Of a stretch of DNA of 64,000 nucleotides, positions 8,388 to 18,593 are shown piece by piece. Every line of letters starts with the position of its first letter. The stretch's first letter is position 1. Source of the stretch: Promethearchaeota archaeon (lineage in GTDB: Archaea > Asgardarchaeota > Lokiarchaeia > Sigyniarchaeales > SOKP01). The stretch lies in assembly GCA_048938855.1 (NCBI GenBank), contig JBHLLT010000001.1:470541-534540 (forward strand). Direction: 5' to 3'. A program made the translations under genes and the position numbers. The notes under the pieces are model-generated. The model had not been told where the DNA came from. It worked only from the letters and a program-made list of their open reading frames with translations, and did no database searches.

Positions 8388-9638
8388 CTAAAATGATACA
8401 ATTGGTAATTTGTAAGTGAATTCCTTTACTAATTCTACTCGTTCTTTTCTTTCTCTTTTATAATAACGAAGTGGGTAAAGTTCATTTATTATAAATTTAT
8501 ATAGTTTTATCCATGTTTTAGCTACTTTACTTATTTTGTAATTTTGGGCTATCATTTTAGAGTTTATAGCCATTTCTGCTCGTAAATCATCATCCTTAAA
8601 CAATGTTACCACTTTATTCTTAAAATCTTCAAGATCATTTGCAAGGTATCCGGTTTTACCATGTCTAATTACATTGGATATTCCAGTGGCATTTGCTCCA
8701 ATACAAGGCGTTCCTTGTGCCATCGCTTCGATTAAAACTAATCCTTCTGCTTCTACCCATGACCAAAGGCATGATAAATCAGCTGTATTATACAATTGCA
8801 ATAAATCTCTAAAAGGTACCCGCCCTAAATATGAAACAATATCTTCATAATGCTTTCTTTTTATTAATTTCTTAACATGAGTACTTGATGGTCCATCGCT
8901 ACCAACAAGTACTAAATGCGTATCAGGAACTTCCTTTTGAATTTTCCTGAAAGTTTTAATTATGCTTAATTGATGTTTTTCAGGAGATAATCTTGAAGCA
9001 TATAAAAGAATTTTTTTACTATCTAGATTATACTTATCTCTTATTCCATTTTCTCTTACATCTTTAAAATACAAATCTGAAATACCATTTGTTAAGCATA
9101 TTATTGGTTCTTTAAATCGTTGTTCTCTGAGTAAATCTTTCTTGGATCTTGTTGGAACCGAAACAAGATCATACTTGTCTAAAATATGTCTTTCATATCG
9201 CCATACCCAGTCTAATTTTGAGAGTGTTTTTCCAAAAACAGGTATATACTGAGAGGTATAAAAACTAAGGGGAGAATTATGAGTTCCAGCCATCGGAATA
9301 CCTAAGTATTTTGCCCAATTAATTGCCATTGACCCATAACTTGCATGAGTATGAATATGCGCAATATCTAGATAATCATGGGAACAGAAAAAATACCTAT
9401 GTATTGGAAAGCTTAACACAAAACCAGTTTTTGGTCCTATTTTTGCTCCAAAAAAATTATAGAGGTGTAGATTCGTTGGTTTAATCTTAGGTTTTTGAAT
9501 CCCTGGGGCAAAGACATGAACATTGTGTCCTGTATATTTTGCAATACCTTCAGCTAGATTTCTACAAGCAATGGCAGTACCATTAACCTGTGAATACATT
9601 GATGTAAAAAATCCAATATCGAGTTTCTGTTTAACCAT
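8388..9638 (-). CDS. GT4 glycosyltransferase (glycolipid glucosyltransferase-like)
   Basis: IGFFTSMYSQVNG, HIHTH, SRLSPEK, EAEGLVLIEAMAQGTP (EX7E). Confidence 0.9.
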   Translation of the reverse strand: MVKQKLDIGFFTSMYSQVNGTAIACRNLAEGIAKYTGHNVHVFAPGIQKPKIKPTNLHLYNFFGAKIGPKTGFVLSFPIHRYFFCSHDYLDIAHIHTHASYGSMAINWAKYLGIPMAGTHNSPLSFYTSQYIPVFGKTLSKLDWVWRYERHILDKYDLVSVPTRSKKDLLREQRFKEPIICLTNGISDLYFKDVRENGIRDKYNLDSKKILLYASRLSPEKHQLSIIKTFRKIQKEVPDTHLVLVGSDGPSSTHVKKLIKRKHYEDIVSYLGRVPFRDLLQLYNTADLSCLWSWVEAEGLVLIEAMAQGTPCIGANATGISNVIRHGKTGYLANDLEDFKNKVVTLFKDDDLRAEMAINSKMIAQNYKISKVAKTWIKLYKFIINELYPLRYYKRERKERVELVKEFTYKLPIVSF

Positions 9639-10209
9639 ATTATATCAAATATAAAAGAATAAGGCTTTTAGACAATAGTATTAGTTATCGAAACAAATGT
9701 TTTATATAAACATGTTTTTTAATATATAAAAATATGTATGATTTAATAAAAAAAATTCGATTTTTTAATAAGGACTATAAACTATAAAATTAAAGTTATT
9801 AATGTAATTGTTAGTTTCGTAAATTAAATTACTAATAATTATGAAAAATTTAAATATTTTAGATAAAAAGGGTTTTTACATGCACATTTTTTAACATTAT
9901 AAATTATTTTTTTAAATGAAAAATCGATTGATTTTATTCTTTTATCGATAATAGATGAATTGGTTATCTGCATACTCAGTGATCCTAAGGATATTTAGCT
10001 TATATTCCTTTAAAATATTTAATATGTTGAATATTTGTTATTTTTAAATCTCTTAAAATACACATATTATATTTCTAACCATGAAAATTGTTAAGATCTA
10101 TTTTTTCTCAAAAAAGAAAGTAGGTTTTATAATGTATTTTATTAAGAGCCAGTTTAAATTGGTGAATAAAATGATAAATTTTTTTTGGAATGTTTAATAA
10201 CTTAAAATC

Positions 10210-10386
10210 ATGGACGCTCAAGAAGAAAAAAAAATTATTGAAGACATAATGAAACAAAGAAGATTATCTTATTCTATAGAAATATTAGATGTCCAAGGAG
10301 ATAAGTATACTATACGTAATAATTTTAATTCTACAATTGTATATATTAAGAAAGGAGATACTTATTTCTTAGAAGAAGAAATATAA
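10210..10386 (+). CDS. 58-aa hypothetical small protein (not in ORF track)
   Basis: ATG..TAA ORF MDAQEEKKIIEDIMKQRRLSYSIEILDVQGDKYTIRNNFNSTIVYIKKGDTYFLEEEI with protein-like composition in an otherwise very AT-rich intergenic region. Confidence 0.65.
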   Translation: MDAQEEKKIIEDIMKQRRLSYSIEILDVQGDKYTIRNNFNSTIVYIKKGDTYFLEEEI

Positions 10387-10581
10387 TATACATAAGTTAA
10401 AATTTGAAATCAATATTTGTTTTCAGATTCTATCTTCAAAAAATTACTTTCCCCTAAAAGTGTTTTATTTTTTATTTGTTAATTAAAAAACTTATATTAC
10501 ATTTTAGATAAGAATTTAAGATAAAAATTGTATACTTTAATTAATAGAAATTAGATAATTTAAGCAATTTTTGGTAGATAG

Positions 10582-11718
10582 ATAATTCGAAGAAGAAGAA
10601 TAGGGTCAGATAATACAGAAAGCAAATTTATTGAAAAATTTAGAGCCGTAATAAATGATAATCTATCAGTATCAATCTATAATAAAAAGAATAGATCATT
10701 TATTATAATTCGAAAAGATTTAGCAAAACCGTATGAAATCGAAGTAGATGCATCAGAAGCACCAATATTGAATAAAATGCTAAATGAACCCGAACCTTAT
10801 GAGAGTTCTATTGCGGATATTAAAATTTTAGAAGAAGAAGTATTTCCCATAAATGATGCTTTCCAGACAGTATTTGGTAGTGATAAAGAATTTAAATTAA
10901 ACTCTATCAAATTAGCGATTGGTAGTAATTTTCATGATTATGTAACAGTCGGAGAAACTGATTTGATAAAATTTGATGTAAAACCAACGCTTAGTGGATT
11001 AAGAGATTTTATTAAGGATAATAAAGAAGGAATTTTAGGTTTTTTAGATAGTGAATTTATTAGTGAGGAGGGTAATGTAATATATCTAAATTGTGGAAAA
11101 AAGAATCTCTCAGAGAACGTCTATTCAATAAAAGTATTAATTCTCTCTTCTATGCAACAACGAGGATTTTTTCTTCAACAAGAACATAAATATTATGGAC
11201 TTCAGCTTTACTTAATAATAGAATCAAGAAAACCAAATGATGATATGATTTTTGAATTATTAAAGGAAATTGGCATTGATTGGGAACTAATATTCTTTAG
11301 AAGAAAACTTGCTATACATGATTGGATGGAGATTGAATGTGAGAGGAATTCTGAAAATCTTAAAAGCTTTCTGAGGGCTAAATTTGAGACACTGAATTAT
11401 TTTGATGTAAATAATATTATTCGGCTAGTAGTTAAAAATCAATTACCTTTTAAAGTCGCAAATAAAATGGCTTCATTGTTATATAAAATGAAAAATGAGC
11501 GAGCTCTTAGAGTTCAAGATAAAAATTATAAAGAAAATCTTTATCAAGAAGATCCAATTCAACAGGATGAATATTCAATTACCCTAAAAAAAGCAGAAGT
11601 AGCTGCAGCTGCTAAACTAGCATGCGCTTATTTAGGTATCCCACAAAAGATAAAATTCGACAGAGATATTTCTAACGATGATATTGTTAAGTATGAAGCA
11701 GAACTAATGAATATGTAA
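10582..11718 (+). CDS. Hypothetical protein with C-terminal TFIIB/cyclin-like repeat
   Basis: Track ORF is 10768..11718, but the frame is open upstream to 10582 (ATA/ATT codons right after an in-frame TAG). The C-terminus IIRL..QLP..V..MASLL...EVAAAAKL...IS...I....EL resembles a TFB core repeat. Confidence 0.6.
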   Translation: MIRRRRIGSDNTESKFIEKFRAVINDNLSVSIYNKKNRSFIIIRKDLAKPYEIEVDASEAPILNKMLNEPEPYESSIADIKILEEEVFPINDAFQTVFGSDKEFKLNSIKLAIGSNFHDYVTVGETDLIKFDVKPTLSGLRDFIKDNKEGILGFLDSEFISEEGNVIYLNCGKKNLSENVYSIKVLILSSMQQRGFFLQQEHKYYGLQLYLIIESRKPNDDMIFELLKEIGIDWELIFFRRKLAIHDWMEIECERNSENLKSFLRAKFETLNYFDVNNIIRLVVKNQLPFKVANKMASLLYKMKNERALRVQDKNYKENLYQEDPIQQDEYSITLKKAEVAAAAKLACAYLGIPQKIKFDRDISNDDIVKYEAELMNM

Positions 11719-11781
11719 TTGCTCTTTTTAAATAACCTAAAAATTAGAAATTAAATAAAATTATTGGATTTTTTCCCGTAC

Positions 11782-12777
11782 TTATTTTAATCCATATGAT
11801 TGTTTTAGAAGTTCATTATTTACACTTCCGAAAGTTATACAATTACCTGTTAAACTATTTGCTATAGTGTATACTGCTGGAGCAAATAATCCGGGATCAA
11901 TATCGTAAAAATTATAATTTGCAGTTTTAAAAGTTTCTAGGAATGGTTTTCCATAACTCGGAGATGTATTGGCAGGTGCTTTTCTAATAAGTTCAAAAAT
12001 TTCTCGTTCTCTATCTTTTTCTACAGAAATATTATAGTAAGTTAACCCAGCAGCACTTATTGAATCATTTGTACGACCCATGGCACCAAGATCATCTTTA
12101 GCAATAGGGGCAATTGTGGCCGTTCCAAAACCATCATTTATTAAATCTATTGGAAATTTTATTTCATGTAACTTATGAATTCCTGTTTCCACAATTCTAG
12201 CAGCCACTTGTATTGAACCCACTAAACAGGCTGTTGGGGCAAAGACAGCATAAGTTTCAGTTGGATCAACACCACATTTTGTAGCTATAATATCCATTAC
12301 TTCTTCATTTGGAGATTTAGGGGTCTCGAAAACAATAACAGCACATTCTGAATTATCAATATAATCTAATTCATCAAAAATCTTCTCTACTTTACCTTTA
12401 GCACGAGCGGGTCCAGATCCTAGGGATTGAAATATTACTTTTTTATTTACTTGACCATTTTTCTCAACTTCTTTTTTTAATTTAACATTCCATCCTGCTA
12501 ATTGAGAGGCCATGCATGAAATTATTGGCTCCGAAGTATAAACATTCACACTTGGGATGAAATGACCATCTAGATTATATGATGAAAATTCAACAGAACC
12601 TAAACCCCCCATACAAATTTCTCCAACTAGTTTTCCTCCATTCCATGATGCTTTGACCATATCAACAACGATTGATCCATTCTCTAATCTATGAACCTCA
12701 GCATTATAATAATCTTTATTATCAATAATTTTTTCAACAATTTGCTTTGCTAATTCATTTATTTTTATGTGATGCAC
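11782..12777 (-). CDS. mch: Methenyltetrahydromethanopterin cyclohydrolase
   Basis: EICMGGLG, CMASQLAGW, LGSGPARA, GSIQVAARIVETGIHK, MGRTND, YGKPF, DPGLFAPA. Confidence 0.96.
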   Translation of the reverse strand: MHHIKINELAKQIVEKIIDNKDYYNAEVHRLENGSIVVDMVKASWNGGKLVGEICMGGLGSVEFSSYNLDGHFIPSVNVYTSEPIISCMASQLAGWNVKLKKEVEKNGQVNKKVIFQSLGSGPARAKGKVEKIFDELDYIDNSECAVIVFETPKSPNEEVMDIIATKCGVDPTETYAVFAPTACLVGSIQVAARIVETGIHKLHEIKFPIDLINDGFGTATIAPIAKDDLGAMGRTNDSISAAGLTYYNISVEKDREREIFELIRKAPANTSPSYGKPFLETFKTANYNFYDIDPGLFAPAVYTIANSLTGNCITFGSVNNELLKQSYGLK

Positions 12778-12858
12778 TTATTTTCACTTTGTTAAATTTA
12801 CTTTTTTAATTGACTATTTATTATTAATTTGATAATTTAATATAATGTATTATTAATT

Positions 12859-14397
12859 TTGCTACTCCCAGATAAAATGAAGAACTTCGAAAATAAATTC
12901 GAGAGATTCAATGATGCAATAAATATTGTAAAAAATAATTTTATTGACTTTATCAGTAAAAATAACTCATCTATCCATATATATACTCATTTAGATGCTG
13001 ATGGATTAAGTGGAGGCGCAATTTTAGGTAAAGCTTTCATTCGAGAAAATCTTCCTTTTCAAATTACTATTTTAAAGCAATTAGAAAAAGATATTATTAT
13101 TAATATCTCAAAGGATGTAAAAAGTTTTAATAAATTTTTATTCTTCACCGACTTTGGTAGTGGTCAATACCAAGAGCTTCAAAAGGATTTGATTGTGAAA
13201 GAAAATTTCAAGTCTTTTATAATATTAGATCATCACCTTCCACAAAATATATCCAGTAAAGAAGAGACTGATTTGCTTGAAGACATATTCAATAAGACTT
13301 ATCAATGGCAAATAAATCCTTACTTTTTTGGGTTTGATGGGAGTTTAGAGGTATCTGGAGCAGGTTTATGCTATTTTTTTGCTAAAAATTTAAATTTAAA
13401 TAATATAGATTTATCTTCCAATGCAATTATTGGGGCGATTGGGGATATTCAAAATCAAGGCCCAAATAAATCTTTTTTTGGCTTAAATTCATTAATTTTG
13501 GAAGATGCTATAAATTCAAATTTTATTGAAATCAAGAGTGACTTAAATTTTTCTTCAATAAAGCCATTAAATGAAGCAATTGCGTATTCTAATGAAATAG
13601 ATTTACCTGGGTTAACTGGTGATATCAACAGAACATTAATTTTTTTAAAGACCTTAGGGATTTTAATGGAAAACTCAGATGGCAACATTAAGTCCTTAAG
13701 TGAGCTTGATAAGGATGAGAAACAAAAAATTTCTTCAGCAATTATTGAATATGGTTCATTAAAATTGGATATTGAACCAAGTGAAATTATAGAAAAATTA
13801 ATTATAAATAGATTTCTTTTAAAAAATGAAACGATTGGAACGGATTTATATGATGCTGGAGATTTTTCTAATCTCTTGAATGCATGTGGTAGATTAAAAC
13901 ATGGTTCATTAGGGATAGCAATAGCTATGGGAGATCGAAAGAAATCTTACAATAAATCTCAAGAAATCCTTCAAGATTACAAAAAAACCTTATTAAAGAG
14001 TCTAGGATGGCTTAAAGATAACAAAAAAATTCAACAGATGGAATATATTCAATATTTCTTTGCTGAAGATGTTATTCCTGACACAATGGTTGGTACAATA
14101 GCTTCAATGATTGTTTTTGAAGATAGTGAAGGTTTTGATAAAAATAAACCTATATTTGGTCTAGCCAAAAGAGAAGATGAAAATGCTTATAAGGTTTCTG
14201 GGAGAGCCCATAAAATGATTGTGAATAAAGGTGTAAATCTATCAACTGCTATTAGAGAAGCTTGTGAGCAATCTGGATTAGATGTATTGGGTGGAGGCCA
14301 TCCTCCTGCAGCAGGAACAAAGATCCCTATCGATAAAGTAGATATTTATTTGGAAAATTGTAATATAGTTATTCGAAAACAACTATATGGGAAATAA
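12859..14397 (+). CDS. DHH/DHHA1 phosphoesterase, archaeal RecJ/GAN (Cdc45-related) family
   Basis: HLDADG, TDFG, LDHH, SGAG, IGD, NACGR, SGR, GGGHPPAAG. Confidence 0.9.
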   Translation: MLLPDKMKNFENKFERFNDAINIVKNNFIDFISKNNSSIHIYTHLDADGLSGGAILGKAFIRENLPFQITILKQLEKDIIINISKDVKSFNKFLFFTDFGSGQYQELQKDLIVKENFKSFIILDHHLPQNISSKEETDLLEDIFNKTYQWQINPYFFGFDGSLEVSGAGLCYFFAKNLNLNNIDLSSNAIIGAIGDIQNQGPNKSFFGLNSLILEDAINSNFIEIKSDLNFSSIKPLNEAIAYSNEIDLPGLTGDINRTLIFLKTLGILMENSDGNIKSLSELDKDEKQKISSAIIEYGSLKLDIEPSEIIEKLIINRFLLKNETIGTDLYDAGDFSNLLNACGRLKHGSLGIAIAMGDRKKSYNKSQEILQDYKKTLLKSLGWLKDNKKIQQMEYIQYFFAEDVIPDTMVGTIASMIVFEDSEGFDKNKPIFGLAKREDENAYKVSGRAHKMIVNKGVNLSTAIREACEQSGLDVLGGGHPPAAGTKIPIDKVDIYLENCNIVIRKQLYGK

Positions 14398-14421
14398 TTT
14401 ACATTTTTGTAAGGTTAAAAC

Positions 14422-15729
14422 TTAGATTTTATATATTTCTCCAATTTCTGGAGCAACTGAATTATAACCATTCTTCACTAATTCACTCGCAAAAGTAGTT
14501 GTCGATTTATTGTCACCATGAACACAAAAAATATCATTAAAACTTTTTTTTCTGAATTTTAAATTTTCCACATATTCATAGAGATGCAAATTATCTGCAT
14601 GACTTGAGAAATCAAAATAATCATAATCACATTTTGCTTCAATTTGAAAATTATTAAAAATATTTTTTTTCTTTTGTGATTCTTTAAATTGAAAAATTCC
14701 ATTATCTAATAAACCTCTCCCTGGGCTTCCTTCGACTTGATATCCTACTAAATAGATTGCAGATCGTGGATCGTTTAATACTGTCTCTATATAGTCTATT
14801 GCAGCACCCCCTTTAAGCATACCAGAAGGAGATATAATAACACCATTTGATTTTTTCGCATAAATTCTATCCTTTTTCCTTGAAATAAATTCAGCCCTTT
14901 TTAGCGCTTTTTTAAAAGATTTTATGTCTTTTATAAACTCTGGGTGTTGTAGATAAATATTTGATACTTTTCTAGCTAAGCCATCAATAAATATCTTGCC
15001 CGTATAGTTATATTTTTCCAAAATTAATAATGCTTCTTGTGATCGAGCTACTCCAAAAGCGGGAATCAAAACATTCCCTCCATTCTCAGTTATATCAATT
15101 ACTTTATCAACAAACTTTTCCTCTAGGATATTTCGTGGAGGGTGTTCTCTTAAAGCGTATGTAGATTCGATGATTAGAGCATCTATTTCTGGTATTTCAG
15201 TATGATTTGCTGGGGGAATTAAATTTGTATCTTGAGTGTTGATATCTCCAGAGTAGAAAATACGCTTATTATCAACTTCAAGTAAAATTGACACACTTCC
15301 AGGTATATGCCCTGCATCAATAAAGGTTATATAAAAATTGTTATCAATTTTTTGACGTATACCATTCTTTAAGAAATAAGAATTTTTTCTTAAGTGATCT
15401 AATTCCCTAAAACCAAAAGGATAAGGATAATTTGAAATTTTAATCATATCTCTTATCAAGAGTTCTGTAATTTCAAGGGAAATTGAATTTGTAAAACAAG
15501 GAACTTTAGATGATTTGTATACAAATGGTAAAGCTCCTGAATGGTCAACATGACTGTGAGTAAGTGCTATTGATTTTAGATTAGTAAAGTCTGGTTCAAG
15601 GGGCAATCGATCATCACTATTAAATCCAATACCATAATCTAATATACACTTCGAACCACTTTTAGATTCAACTAAAATACATGATCGTCCAATTTCTCTA
15701 CAACTTCCTAAAAAGGATACTTTTGTCAT
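14422..15729 (-). CDS. MBL-fold beta-CASP ribonuclease (aCPSF2-like, no KH domains)
   Basis: EIGRSC, THSHVDHSG, AGHIPGS, SGD, ESTY, FSSHAD, VHGD. Confidence 0.92.
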   Translation of the reverse strand: MTKVSFLGSCREIGRSCILVESKSGSKCILDYGIGFNSDDRLPLEPDFTNLKSIALTHSHVDHSGALPFVYKSSKVPCFTNSISLEITELLIRDMIKISNYPYPFGFRELDHLRKNSYFLKNGIRQKIDNNFYITFIDAGHIPGSVSILLEVDNKRIFYSGDINTQDTNLIPPANHTEIPEIDALIIESTYALREHPPRNILEEKFVDKVIDITENGGNVLIPAFGVARSQEALLILEKYNYTGKIFIDGLARKVSNIYLQHPEFIKDIKSFKKALKRAEFISRKKDRIYAKKSNGVIISPSGMLKGGAAIDYIETVLNDPRSAIYLVGYQVEGSPGRGLLDNGIFQFKESQKKKNIFNNFQIEAKCDYDYFDFSSHADNLHLYEYVENLKFRKKSFNDIFCVHGDNKSTTTFASELVKNGYNSVAPEIGEIYKI

Positions 15730-15897
15730 TTTATAAAAAAAAAGATCTAAACCTTATAAAAATATTATATTAAAAAAAAAATCAAGAAATATCAACTTTT
15801 TTGAAATTCTTAAAAAAGACAAGAAATTTTTGATATTGGATTTGTCAGCTCAAGATGGAAAAAAAATAAATAATTAAATTTACAAGAAATCTAAAAA

Positions 15898-16656
15898 CTA
15901 CTTTATTTTAGGGATTGAATTTATCAGTAGGGCGATAACATTATTGACATTTTTGCCAAAAATTTCAAGAATCTCTTCCCAAGTGACGGGGGCCTCATCT
16001 TCTTTCCAACAATCATAATCTGTGGACATAGCAACAGCAGAATAAGGAATTCCTGCTTCATTTGCCAGAATAGTTTCAGGAGCAATGCTCATGTTTATTA
16101 CATCAGCGCCCCATACTCGAAACATATTTGATTCTGCTCTTGTGGAAAATCTTGGCCCTTCGATTGTAACAACTGTTCCAGTTTCATGGTGTTTAAGATT
16201 TAACTCCTTAGCAGTTTCGATTAATATTTTTCTTAATACTTCAGAATATGGATCTGCCATTGGAGTATGCTTCATATCTCCAGGTGCAAATTCTTCATAG
16301 AATGATATTTTTCTAAGACGCGTAAAATCTATAAATTGATCAAGAATAACCAGATCACCTCTTTCTATTTTTTCCCTTAGACTTCCACAAGCAGTTGTTG
16401 CGAGAATATGAGTACATCCTTGATCTTTTAATGCATGTATATTAGCTCTATAATTTACCTGCGTAGGAGGGATTGTGTGTTCTCTTCCATGCCTAGCTAT
16501 GAGGGCGACATCAACATCATTTATTTTTCCGACTTTTAACGGGGAACTAGGTTTTCCAAACGGTGTTTCAACACTAATATCCTCAGCATTCTTTAAAATA
16601 TCAGGGTTATCCAATCCTGAACCCCCTATTATTCCTATCTTTACCATTATTTTCAA
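15898..16656 (-). CDS. mtnP: S-methyl-5'-thioadenosine phosphorylase
   Basis: GIIGGSG, TPFGKPS, ARHG..H.IPP..VNYRANI, EGPRFSTRAES, TDYDCW. Confidence 0.95.
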   Translation of the reverse strand: MKIMVKIGIIGGSGLDNPDILKNAEDISVETPFGKPSSPLKVGKINDVDVALIARHGREHTIPPTQVNYRANIHALKDQGCTHILATTACGSLREKIERGDLVILDQFIDFTRLRKISFYEEFAPGDMKHTPMADPYSEVLRKILIETAKELNLKHHETGTVVTIEGPRFSTRAESNMFRVWGADVINMSIAPETILANEAGIPYSAVAMSTDYDCWKEDEAPVTWEEILEIFGKNVNNVIALLINSIPKIK

Positions 16657-16737
16657 CTTGTATAATTTTTAAAATAGTAAATTTAAAATTTTATAAATTT
16701 TTTGTTATTGAGCTATTCATTGCTAAGATATTGATTT

Positions 16738-17790
16738 TTGATTTTATTATTATTAGTGCAAACTATATTTCTTAAATTTAATTTATATTTCATAGTGAAA
16801 AATAAAGTTTTAGTTCTTGGGTCATTAGCTTTTGATTATATTATGGGTTTCAAGGAAAGTTTCATTAATGCTGTAAACATTGATCTCGACAAAGAGAAAT
16901 ACCAGAGTACTGTCACAGCAGATAGTCGTTATCAATTTTTTGGAGGAACTGCTGGTAATATAGCATACAACCTTGGACTTTTGAATATTGCAAAAGTCTC
17001 TTTATTTGGTTCAGTAGGAGATGATTTTGAGAGATTAGGATATATGAATCATATGAAACAATTTAAAAATATCGATTTGCGTTTAGATATTTATAAAGAA
17101 CATTTTACAGCTGCTTGTTATATAGTTAATGATATTAAATCTAATCAGATGATTATTTTCCATGGTGGTGCTTTAGACAAGTGTAAAGAAATTGATTTAA
17201 AAGTAAAAATTTCAAATCCAGAAGAATATATTTATGCAATCAATTCGGCCCAGAGTGTTGAAGCTATGATAAATTTTGGAAATCAACTAAGTGATTTAAA
17301 AATCCCAACTATTTTTGATCCTGGTCAAGTTACACCTCTTTTCAAAAAAGAGGATTTAATAGATTTACTTAAGAAATCAGAAATAATAATTGGCAATACG
17401 TATGAAATAAATCAAATAAAAAAGGTAGCTGCTTTAACGGAAGAGGAAATTCTTGACTATATTGACTCAATTATTATAACAGAAGGATATGATGGTTCTA
17501 AATTAATTTATAAAGATAAAAGTAATAAAATTTTTAAATTTCATGTTCCTATTGCCAAACCAGATAAAATTGAAGACACAACTGGAGCAGGAGATGGATA
17601 TCGTGCTGGAATACTTACTGGTCTAACTATTGATATGACATTATTGGATTCTTGCCGATTAGGTGCAATTATTGGTTCATTTGTAGTTGAAACAAGAGGA
17701 GCTCAAACTCAAAAGTTTAATATAGAAATGATAAGAAAGCGATTCTTCAATACTTTTGGTTATATTCCACCAGAGTTAGAAAGAATATAA
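16738..17790 (+). CDS. PfkB-family nucleoside (adenosine/inosine) kinase
   Basis: GSLAFDYIM, GGTAGNIAY, FDPGQ, DTTGAGDGYRAG. The real start is probably GTG near 16795. Confidence 0.88.
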   Translation: MILLLLVQTIFLKFNLYFIVKNKVLVLGSLAFDYIMGFKESFINAVNIDLDKEKYQSTVTADSRYQFFGGTAGNIAYNLGLLNIAKVSLFGSVGDDFERLGYMNHMKQFKNIDLRLDIYKEHFTAACYIVNDIKSNQMIIFHGGALDKCKEIDLKVKISNPEEYIYAINSAQSVEAMINFGNQLSDLKIPTIFDPGQVTPLFKKEDLIDLLKKSEIIIGNTYEINQIKKVAALTEEEILDYIDSIIITEGYDGSKLIYKDKSNKIFKFHVPIAKPDKIEDTTGAGDGYRAGILTGLTIDMTLLDSCRLGAIIGSFVVETRGAQTQKFNIEMIRKRFFNTFGYIPPELERI

Positions 17791-17844
17791 AAAAATTTTA
17801 AATAAATAATAAATCCTTAGTAAAGTTGGGTTAAAAAAGACACT

Positions 17845-18372
17845 TCATTCTTCAACAGGAATATCTATTAAAGAGAGAATATCATAACTTTCTAATTTAT
17901 CTCTACCGTGTAAACTTCCTGTTAATTCAATTATAAAAGCTATTCCTATTACTTTTCCACCAGCTTTCTCAATTAGATTGCATGCTGCTTTAGCAGTCCC
18001 TCCAGTAGCTAATAAATCATCAAAAACTAATACCTTGTCTCCCTCTTCAATCGCGTCAATGTGCATTTCAATTGTATCCGTACCGTACTCAAGATCATAA
18101 GTTTCTTTTAGCGTTTTGTATGGTAATTTTCCCGGTTTTCTTATTAAAACAAATCCCGCTCCCAATTGATAAGCTATTACTCCACCCCATACATAGCCTC
18201 GAGCTTCAATAGCAGCTACCTTAGTAATTCCCTTATCTCTATAGTGATTTATAATTCTATCACATGATTCTTTAAAAGCTGAGTGTAATTTAGCTAATGT
18301 TGTAATGTCTTTAAACTGAATTCCCTCTACAGGAAAATCTGGTACATTTCTTATATAATCTCCTAAATTCAT
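17845..18372 (-). CDS. apt: Adenine phosphoribosyltransferase
   Basis: PDFP..GI.FKDIT, EARGY, RKPGKLP, YDLEYG, DDLLATGGT. Confidence 0.96.
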   Translation of the reverse strand: MNLGDYIRNVPDFPVEGIQFKDITTLAKLHSAFKESCDRIINHYRDKGITKVAAIEARGYVWGGVIAYQLGAGFVLIRKPGKLPYKTLKETYDLEYGTDTIEMHIDAIEEGDKVLVFDDLLATGGTAKAACNLIEKAGGKVIGIAFIIELTGSLHGRDKLESYDILSLIDIPVEE

Positions 18373-18593
18373 ATTACATCATTTTATTGTTTTAGATTTA
18401 AGATAAAATTACTTAAAATTGATAATTAAAAATGATAATTAAAAATGATTAATTAGAAATAAATTCATTTTCATTCAAAAACAAATTTACAATTACTAAT
18501 TAGAAAAAATTAAATAAAAATTAAAGTATAAGAAATATATTAAAGATAAAGAAAAAAAAAAATCAAATTGATAACAGATAGGAGTTATTTATC

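Noticed and set aside
9639-10581. Replication origin in the AT-rich gap
   Set aside because: No ORB-like repeats recognised and no orc1/cdc6 gene nearby
18415-18454. Three ~13-bp tandem units AAAA(A/T)TGATAATT between apt and the Rag-like gene
   Set aside because: Nearly all A/T and low complexity; could be slippage, and no function can be supported
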